DNA of 64,000 nt from a bacterium. Lineage in GTDB: Bacteria; Patescibacteriota; Minisyncoccia; Phycocordibacterales; UBA12088. The notes beneath the pieces were generated by a model, which did no database searches, was not told the DNA's origin, and saw only the letters and a list, made by a program, of their open reading frames with translations. Made by a program: the position numbers and the translations under genes. The stretch is from contig QKEV01000011.1 in assembly GCA_003252295.1 (NCBI GenBank), forward strand, positions 7,127-71,126, read 5' to 3'. This document shows, piece after piece, positions 57,537 to 64,000 of the stretch; positions within the stretch are counted from its first letter, which is position 1; every line of letters starts with the position of its first letter.

Positions 57537-57618
57537 ATGGTCTGTGTATTATAAAAGAGTACGCTACTATCTTCTAGTGACTTTTTACATAACAAGCACT
57601 GTCTTTACACTACACTCT

Positions 57619-57894
57619 ATGGCATTTGCTATACTACTAATAATGAGTGTTGCAAAGATACAAACCGGTGTAGTTCATAAGGTGCCGCAAGACCTACGGG
57701 AAGTATTATTGGAAAATACTGATGTCTTAGAGCTATGGAACAACCTAACACCACTTGCCCGCAATGAATGGATCTGTTGGGTTACCATTGTGGTAAAGGA
57801 GGAGACGAGAGAAAAGCACCTCAAGCGACTCTGTGAGGATCTCCGCAAAGGCAAACACCGACCGTGCTGCTGGGCAGGGTGCCCTCATCGGTAA
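57619..57894 (+). CDS. YdeI/OmpD-associated family protein (91 aa)
   Basis: LTPLARNEWICWV...KKEETREKHLKR pattern. The long track ORF from 57382 would overlap the ATPase and was trimmed to the ATG at 57619. Confidence 0.55.
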   Translation: MAFAILLIMSVAKIQTGVVHKVPQDLREVLLENTDVLELWNNLTPLARNEWICWVTIVVKEETREKHLKRLCEDLRKGKHRPCCWAGCPHR

Positions 57895-57923
57895 AAAATA
57901 TAAAGTGTACTAAATTCACAACA

Positions 57924-58700
57924 TCACACACTCATGAGCACCTTTTGATGTTTCTTTGTAAAATCCCATATTTCATGTAGAAAGTCCTCAAAATGCTTAC
58001 CTGATCTTAGATGTTTTTTGTACATTTTTGTGTAATGGGTCACGGGTCGCTTCCCTTCAATGCGAATTTTTTGAAATTGAGTATATGTCCTCTGCTTATC
58101 TTTAAACAATGTTTTGAAGTATGGATGTTCATTGAGGATCACGTCAGTAATTATTTCACTGAGTCTCCACACCAAATGTGGCTCATCCAACTCCTCGTAC
58201 TTTGTTTCAGGAAAAACTTCCATCCATTTTTTGAAATATACAAAATGCAGTATTTCATGACACGTGATTTCCCTTACTCTTCCTGGATTAAAGTAACTCA
58301 CGTTGAATGTCCAGTTATGTAGCCAACGTGGGTACACAGGAACCATGCTCACATAAGCTTTAAGCGTTTTGCGATTACTAGGAAACTTCGTTTCAACATG
58401 TTCACTCAGAGCGGTAAGGAACTTCTTCTCTACTGATTGCCAACCTTTTATGTTCATCCTGAGAGCACTATCAAACTGCTTACTGTTTTGTTTACGATAC
58501 GTATTGGCGTACGCATGACAAATACGCATTCTTTTTTTATCATCAGTCACACCCTCAAGCGCGAGTTTAAGTTCAGGATGACATTGAAAAACAACTTCAG
58601 CCAAGTCGAAACCCACTTCTTGTGGCTCACAAAAATCACACAAAACCCTTGCTTCCTTAGCTACCGAAGGCAACACAAATTCTACTTTTGGTGTAAACAT
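57924..58700 (-). CDS. Hypothetical protein with HExxH motif (possible zinc hydrolase)
   Basis: CHEILHFVYF. Confidence 0.45.
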   Translation of the reverse strand: MFTPKVEFVLPSVAKEARVLCDFCEPQEVGFDLAEVVFQCHPELKLALEGVTDDKKRMRICHAYANTYRKQNSKQFDSALRMNIKGWQSVEKKFLTALSEHVETKFPSNRKTLKAYVSMVPVYPRWLHNWTFNVSYFNPGRVREITCHEILHFVYFKKWMEVFPETKYEELDEPHLVWRLSEIITDVILNEHPYFKTLFKDKQRTYTQFQKIRIEGKRPVTHYTKMYKKHLRSGKHFEDFLHEIWDFTKKHQKVLMSV

Positions 58701-58817
58701 AAAATATAGTATATCACTTAAAAGATTGGTTATTTTTAAAGTGTATATTTTTTAATAACAAGAGCCGCACTGTACTTGCCAGTGCGGCCCAAACATTGAA
58801 CATGTATTAGCTTCTTT

Positions 58818-59093
58818 TTATTGCTTTTTTATTCCATCAGGAAATTTGTTGATAAATTCTACAATCATTGCCTCAACAACACAGACGACTACTTCGTCTA
58901 CACGTACTCCGTGTGTAAATGATAAAGGAACATCCTTAAGTGCATCTGAAATAAAACTTCCGGTCCTTGCGGTATCTCCTCCACCAATGGTCGGAAAAAT
59001 CTCGCCAACCTCTGCAGTGATCTTTGCAATCAAATCTTGAATATCGATCGTTACAGCATTTTTATCATCCATATCACCCATGATATCCTCCAA
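58818..59093 (-). CDS. Hypothetical protein (91 aa) downstream of the ClpX-ZBD gene
   Basis: ORF in an apparent two-gene operon. Confidence 0.4.
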   Translation of the reverse strand: MEDIMGDMDDKNAVTIDIQDLIAKITAEVGEIFPTIGGGDTARTGSFISDALKDVPLSFTHGVRVDEVVVCVVEAMIVEFINKFPDGIKKQ

Positions 59094-59111
59094 TTAATCA
59101 ATAAAATGAGT

Positions 59112-59660
59112 TTACAAAAGTGCACGTTGCCTGGCTTGTAAGGCAAGTAATTTCTCAGATAACTGAGCGCACGTTTCCTTCTTTTCTTGAAGATCAGCGA
59201 TTGCTTGCTCGTGCTCAGTAATCTGAACACATACTGGTGAGGTCTCTGTTAGAGTAGCACCACCCTGTATTGGATACAGCTCATGCTCTATCGCCTCAAT
59301 GCTTGCACGTACAGCAGTTGGAAGTATCTTGACCAATGTAGCGTTCAAGTCTCCAATAAATTCCTGTTCTGACACATCTTCTCTATCATTATTCCTAAGA
59401 ATAAAATCACGAAGATAGTTGAGAAAATTAAAAACACCACTATCAGCGATCATTTGGAGATCACCTGAACCTACTGCAAGGTATCCCAACGTATGCAAAA
59501 GTTCTTCAATATTGTCCTCGTACACAATTCGTACACCGAGAACAATACATTCATTACAAATGTGTACTTCTGGACCTGCAACCAGCTTTTTAACCTCGTC
59601 CTCATTTTTACTACAAAAGCTACACTTTGCTTTTGGGTCTGTATCGCCACTTATGCACAT
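59112..59660 (-). CDS. Stand-alone ClpX-type C4 zinc-binding-domain protein with a C-terminal coiled coil
   Basis: [29 protein letters not shown] closely matches the ClpX N-domain [27 protein letters not shown]. No AAA+ module (182 aa). Confidence 0.65.
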   Translation of the reverse strand: MCISGDTDPKAKCSFCSKNEDEVKKLVAGPEVHICNECIVLGVRIVYEDNIEELLHTLGYLAVGSGDLQMIADSGVFNFLNYLRDFILRNNDREDVSEQEFIGDLNATLVKILPTAVRASIEAIEHELYPIQGGATLTETSPVCVQITEHEQAIADLQEKKETCAQLSEKLLALQARQRALL

Positions 59661-59869
59661 TACTCAACCTCCCTGATTAGAATGGATTATTAATTATAAG
59701 CATTACAAGCATCTACCTAATTTCACAGAATGTACTATTTTCTATATTTGTCAACGTTCACTGTGAAAGGGTTCCCCTTTCACAATAAGTATTTCTTTCT
59801 ACGAGTAGATTTAATCTTTTTATCTTGCTACTATATTTTTGTTAGTTCTTTCACATTTTCTCCAGTGAC

Positions 59870-60262
59870 ATGCTCGCAAATTACTGTTGGCAGGTGAACT
59901 GGAGAAAAAACATGGCACATCTTCGGGCAAAGTATTCATCTTGGTCTCCCGATACAAAGGGGGTAAAACAAATTGTTTGGTTTATCGTTTACACTGGCAA
60001 GGATGCTGATCGCTTCGGACCACATCCCAGAGCACATGAAGACGATCAAGCTCTTTTCAAAAAAGACCCTCAAGAATGGGCACACTCCATTCTTAAGAGA
60101 AATGAGCTGCCTTGCAATGCTCGTTTTGCCTTTTTAAACGGACCATTAGGTCCTTCCATTAAGGTAGTGTTTTCAGGAAAAACAACAGAGGGTGAAGACT
60201 ATCAATTACGGAGAAAGATTCTAAACACACTTCGCGAATTTATCTTTGTGTACCATAAGTGA
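59870..60262 (+). CDS. Hypothetical protein
   Basis: ORF; likely start at the internal Met MAHLRAKY. Confidence 0.4.
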   Translation: MLANYCWQVNWRKNMAHLRAKYSSWSPDTKGVKQIVWFIVYTGKDADRFGPHPRAHEDDQALFKKDPQEWAHSILKRNELPCNARFAFLNGPLGPSIKVVFSGKTTEGEDYQLRRKILNTLREFIFVYHK

Positions 60263-60384
60263 GTACCTCAAACCTCACGAAAAATTGCACCTCTGCGTCA
60301 TCAAGCACCGGTGCAATTTTATTTCACAGGATTGTTCATCACATAGTTAGATAAAATTGGAATCAATTGATCCCTGTTACATGA

Positions 60385-61068
60385 CTACTTAATCAACCGA
60401 TCTGTATACCCAAGAGAAACAAGATATTCATACGCTTCCCATACCTCATCAGGAATATCTTGTTCAATTTGAAATCCTTTTGCTGGATATTCTTTAATAC
60501 GCTGCAAATCTCCAATAAGTGCATGAATCCAGTGTTCATTATGACTATTACTTGCATCCTCATACTTTTCAATAGGGATAGGTGGTGATGTAACTATTAG
60601 TTCAATATTTGGCCACCACACTTTACCTGTCGCATAGGTACGACGTTCCATATACGGCTTTTGAACAGCTATTACTGTATTTGGTTCAATATTTTTTTCC
60701 CGCAAAAGCTGTATTGAAAATTCATAGTTTTGACCGGTATTTTGTGATCTGTTTTCAATCAAAATTGCCTCTTCAGGAACACCCATCTTACGTGCAATAT
60801 CCGCAAACACTTCTGCCTCTGTGGAACCGACAAATTGTTCTCTTCCTGGCTTGCTGTTGTGTATACTTCCAGATCCGGCAAAGATGATAATTGGTGCAAG
60901 ACCATCCAAGAACAACTGTGCAGCATGCTCTGCGACACGAGTATCACGACATCCAAGCACGAATATTGCATCTGCTTTTTTCAGTGTATGTTCCATATGC
61001 ATATAGTCCCATATGAGGTTTAGTGCTTTTTCCTTGGTCATTTCCATTTTTTTACTATTTTTCTCCAT
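60385..61068 (-). CDS. DUF218 (YdcF/ElyC/SanA-like) family protein
   Basis: AIFVLGCRD...IIFAGSG pattern. Confidence 0.6.
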   Translation of the reverse strand: MEKNSKKMEMTKEKALNLIWDYMHMEHTLKKADAIFVLGCRDTRVAEHAAQLFLDGLAPIIIFAGSGSIHNSKPGREQFVGSTEAEVFADIARKMGVPEEAILIENRSQNTGQNYEFSIQLLREKNIEPNTVIAVQKPYMERRTYATGKVWWPNIELIVTSPPIPIEKYEDASNSHNEHWIHALIGDLQRIKEYPAKGFQIEQDIPDEVWEAYEYLVSLGYTDRLIK

Positions 61069-61085
61069 ACAAAAATACTACCATG

Positions 61086-61343
61086 AACATACTATGGTAT
61101 GTTCATCGAACCCGGGTTTCGACCGTGAGAGGTGAGAACGTGCCAAAGCACGTTCGTAAAACCTTGTGAGCTATCTTTTTGAACTTGTAAAAAAAAGTAG
61201 CCACAAGGTGTACTGCACCTGTAAGGGGCGGTGAGCAGAGCGAGCACCTTATGGGTGCAGTCCTCTCAGGTCAAACCCGATTCCCTTCCCGTGCGTAGCA
61301 CCTCAAAAACAAAACACCAGTCTTGTACTGGTGTTTTGTTTTT
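61086..61343 (+). ncRNA. Candidate structured non-coding RNA ending in an intrinsic terminator; type undetermined
   Basis: A 370-nt gap free of ORFs on both strands. Several hairpins: ATGAACATAC/GTATGTTCAT, GAACGTGCcaaaGCACGTTC, long-range CCTTGTG/CACAAGG, nested GGTG...CACC helices. It ends in terminator 61306..61343 (AAAACACCAGT cttgt ACTGGTGTTTT plus T-run). tmRNA, RNase P and SRP signature motifs were not found by eye. Confidence 0.3.
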
Positions 61344-61442
61344 GATTTGTGACCCTAGTTAGACAGAATTGGAATCAAATTCTAATTTACTTAACTTTTA
61401 CAATATAAACTATCACATTCATTAAGTGATATAATTTATAGT

Positions 61443-62204
61443 ATGCGAAACAAAAAACTTCATAGGTTGTTTATTGATGAATCTGGTCAACCGCAATATA
61501 GTCATTCCGATAAAAATTTTACATATTGTGGAATAATAGCAAACCCAATTCAATCTGAGTATCTTAAAATTGTTGCTGATCAAATAAAATTTAAATATTG
61601 GAATCGCACCAGCACCGTCTTTCATTCAGTAGATATCGGAAAGAAAAGAAATGATTTTAGTATTTTAAATGATCAAGATACTTATAGTGACTTTAAAACT
61701 GACTTATTTAAATTTTTAAATAACAATAGTTACAGATGTATTATAGTTTCAATTAACAAAGAAAAAGCTAGAACACTTGGATGGAGTGAATTAAAAGTAC
61801 GAAATATTGCAACAGACACTCTCATTGAACTATATATAAAATTTTTACATGAAAAATGTTTCTTGGGTCAAATAATTGCTGAATCATCTAGTTCGGCAGA
61901 TATCAACTTATACAAAAGATATACTTCTTACTTGTCGCAAGGTTGTCCTTCAATGAACTTAAGTCATATAGATTTAAAAAAACAATTAACATCAATTACA
62001 TTCGTTAGTAAAAATAATCATGATATTGAGGCACAGATTGCAGACATATTGGTGTATGCTGGAGTAAAAAAAATCTTAAGTGACGAAGGTTTTTTTAGTC
62101 TTTTGCCTGAAAGTTATGAAGGAAAACTTATAAATATATTAAATACGAAACTCATTAATTTCAAAGATGGTACAAATAGTTTTATTCGATTACCTTTACC
62201 ATAA
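61443..62204 (+). CDS. DUF3800-like protein (N-terminal LFIDESG motif)
   Basis: RLFIDESGQ near the N-terminus. Lies in the A+T-rich segment. Confidence 0.45.
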   Translation: MRNKKLHRLFIDESGQPQYSHSDKNFTYCGIIANPIQSEYLKIVADQIKFKYWNRTSTVFHSVDIGKKRNDFSILNDQDTYSDFKTDLFKFLNNNSYRCIIVSINKEKARTLGWSELKVRNIATDTLIELYIKFLHEKCFLGQIIAESSSSADINLYKRYTSYLSQGCPSMNLSHIDLKKQLTSITFVSKNNHDIEAQIADILVYAGVKKILSDEGFFSLLPESYEGKLINILNTKLINFKDGTNSFIRLPLP

Positions 62205-62369
62205 ACGAAGAAAAAGCGGACTTGCCGCTTTTTCAAAAGAGAGTTTGTAGCTTACGCTTACTTGCTCTCTTATTGGTAATAATGCTATCAAAGATATTAA
62301 CATTTGTCAAGGTTATCCACAGGCACACCTTGACAGGTTTTATACTCAAAAAAAAACCTTTAGAGTAAC

Positions 62370-62918
62370 TCAAACTTGTTTTAGACTTGTTTCTTTTGAT
62401 CTTTTTACAGATTCTCTGTAATCCCAAGGTAGTATAATTCCATATTCTTTTGCAATCCAATCTTGTGACCTAGCGTACAAACGTGCAAGATCTGACTCCT
62501 TACTAGCTTCACAAAATAATAAATACAAAGTTGTTGCGACTATAGTTGAAAAAATTATTGTTATTATAAAATAAATTATTAAGTGTCTTTCTTGATGAAG
62601 TGTTGGAAATATCCCTGTAAGTATTGAATACATAAATACAATAATTGAAATTGTGATCGCCATCCAAGCATGATACGCTTGGGCTTCTTGTTTGTGCATA
62701 GAGGAATTTATTGATAAATAATTATAAATTGAATCAAACATCGCAGGACTTATGCTTCTGTTCTGTATTGAAGAAAGTGTCTTTGGACTTATTCCAACGT
62801 AAATTATTGCTTCTCTGGATATTTCATCAAGACGAGGAATTGTCTTATATTTTTTTTCTAGCTTTTTATAATATTTATCTTCTTCTTTTGAAGCTGTTTT
62901 TTTATCGAAGAACCACAT
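62370..62918 (-). CDS. Protein with a soluble N-domain and two C-terminal TM helices
   Basis: Hydrophobic segments ITISIIVFMYSILTGIF and IIYFIITIIFSTIVATTLYLLF. 25 nt downstream of the 321-aa gene. Confidence 0.45.
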   Translation of the reverse strand: MWFFDKKTASKEEDKYYKKLEKKYKTIPRLDEISREAIIYVGISPKTLSSIQNRSISPAMFDSIYNYLSINSSMHKQEAQAYHAWMAITISIIVFMYSILTGIFPTLHQERHLIIYFIITIIFSTIVATTLYLLFCEASKESDLARLYARSQDWIAKEYGIILPWDYRESVKRSKETSLKQV

Positions 62919-62943
62919 AATTGTAATATTTTGTAATTAATTT

Positions 62944-63909
62944 TTATTTTTTAAGTTTTATATTTGCAACTGACAAAGTTTGTGCTGATAATACAAACAC
63001 TGGATCATTTTTCAATTTGTCCATGAGTTCAAACATGACAATTTTCTGCTCCTCTCCATTGCTCAACAACATTTTTACTACTCCATGTAACATGGAAATT
63101 ATTGAATCTCCTTCCATAAAATTTTTACCAAGAGGTCTTTTGATATTTGAAAACTGTTTTGTTGCTTCAGTGATACCTAATTCTTTTAACTCAGTATCAA
63201 GAGTGTTACGAACCTTAATTTTATTTTTTAGTAACTGATTAACAAAACCGGATTCCCATCTTTCAACCATTTCACTCAAGATATACCAACCCCAAGGCTC
63301 AAACTCAATTTCTTTTATCTTTCCGTCGTTACTTAAATAAATATGTCTTGTAAGTTGTGCTAAATTTCTTCCAATGTCTGCTTTTCCATTTGGATTTACA
63401 AGAACTTTTAACATTCCAAAAGCATACCCTAGTAGCCACAATGGTTTTTGATTGTCGCATTGTTTTTTATGCAACTCTTCAAGTTCTTTAAAATCTGATT
63501 CTTGCATAATCTTTTTTTTCTCTAAGTCCTCCCTGATCAATAGCGTAGTGTTTTCAATCCGATCATCTGTGTCGTCCATATCAAACATTGTGTCATCAAA
63601 GAGATCAAAAAGATTGTCTTTTAACAACTGTTTAAAATATTTGCCACTATTTTCCTTTTTTAAATGTAGCCCTGACGCATATCTTGAAAATGCTGTTTCA
63701 AGTGTTTTTTGCAGTATACGCTTTTCATTAGCTGAACAAATATTTTGCGCCTTTTTCGTACATCTGTAGTATCGGTCTGATAGATGCAACTTATGTCCAC
63801 TCTCAAGGAATACTAATGTTCCCTTTTTGAAATAGGGAATTTTTTTTAGCTTGAATGCAGTTTTATTTTTCATACTTCCACATAAAACATCGCTTGAATA
63901 CGTGACCAA
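62944..63909 (-). CDS. Hypothetical protein (321 aa) in the A+T-rich segment
   Basis: ORF, no motif recognised. Confidence 0.45.
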   Translation of the reverse strand: MVTYSSDVLCGSMKNKTAFKLKKIPYFKKGTLVFLESGHKLHLSDRYYRCTKKAQNICSANEKRILQKTLETAFSRYASGLHLKKENSGKYFKQLLKDNLFDLFDDTMFDMDDTDDRIENTTLLIREDLEKKKIMQESDFKELEELHKKQCDNQKPLWLLGYAFGMLKVLVNPNGKADIGRNLAQLTRHIYLSNDGKIKEIEFEPWGWYILSEMVERWESGFVNQLLKNKIKVRNTLDTELKELGITEATKQFSNIKRPLGKNFMEGDSIISMLHGVVKMLLSNGEEQKIVMFELMDKLKNDPVFVLSAQTLSVANIKLKK

Positions 63910-64000
63910 ATAAGAAAAGCACCTATAAGCGACAAACTCATAATGTACTTTCTATATTAGTTGTCAATTTTCAAGGCGCAGGCGGACTCCTGCTCTCGCC

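Noticed and set aside
57382-57618. N-terminal extension of the YdeI-like ORF overlapping the 5' end of the P-type ATPase gene
   Set aside because: Would overlap the ATPase by about 155 nt. The conserved YdeI-like region begins at the internal ATG at 57619.
61086-61343. Identification of the structured region as tmRNA, RNase P RNA or SRP RNA
   Set aside because: I could not find the tag-peptide ORF with an ...AA-stop codon or a tRNA-like CCA end (tmRNA), the P4 GGAAAGUCCGG/ACAGAA motifs (RNase P), or the domain IV AGGUCAGGUCCGGAAGGAAGCAGC core (SRP). Kept as an untyped ncRNA candidate.
1-64000. CRISPR arrays, rRNA, canonical tRNA genes, transposases or integrases
   Set aside because: No regularly spaced direct repeats, no GGTTCGAATCC-type T-arm motifs in intergenic gaps, and no recognisable transposase or integrase motifs. 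tRNA detection by eye is unreliable, so a tRNAscan run is still advisable.

Overview
The window is mostly housekeeping chromosome from a bacterium with a moderate-A+T genome. Genes are short, densely packed, often overlap by 4 nt and many lack a Shine-Dalgarno sequence, so it may be a small-genome or candidate-phyla-radiation-like organism; that is inference only. No rRNA, canonical tRNA, CRISPR array, transposase or integrase was recognised by eye.

Blocks I can recognise, all called from conserved motifs read directly in the translations (no searches run):
- A heat-shock operon on the minus strand, grpE-dnaK-dnaJ, 3540..7258.
- An SOS/repair cluster on the minus strand, 8849..13115: a small ORF, lexA, a umuD-like gene, umuC, an AbrB-like ORF, an Smr gene and ung.
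- A second repair cluster, uvrC-uvrA and uvrB, 24646..30982.
- A cell-envelope and translation block: ddl, tgt, pth, lepB, rpsU, ybeY, ftsA, ftsZ, trxB.
- rlmN, a P-type ATPase, and glycoside hydrolases of the GH1 and GH5 type.

Candidates worth a second look, in order of interest:
1. A compact RiPP-like cassette at about 13042..15785. A consensus sigma70 promoter and a strong Shine-Dalgarno sequence drive a tiny ORF, followed by an intrinsic-terminator-like hairpin, a radical-SAM/SPASM maturase, a class I SAM methyltransferase and a secreted thermonuclease. The peptide reading frame is ambiguous around a GGG run.
2. A markedly A+T-richer segment from about 61344 to the window end. It starts right after a structured, ORF-free RNA-like region with its own terminator. 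It encodes a DUF3800-like protein and a two-gene module of a soluble protein plus a 2-TM protein, so it may be an island or a defence module.
3. A UmuD homologue that appears to lack the Ser/Lys autocleavage dyad.
4. A stand-alone ClpX-type zinc-finger protein.
5. A GCS2-type carboxylate-amine ligase operon with three small Cys-containing proteins.
6. A HisRS-like paralogue with a degenerate motif 2.
7. A highly acidic secreted protein built from Fn3-like repeats with an in-frame 12-nt microsatellite.
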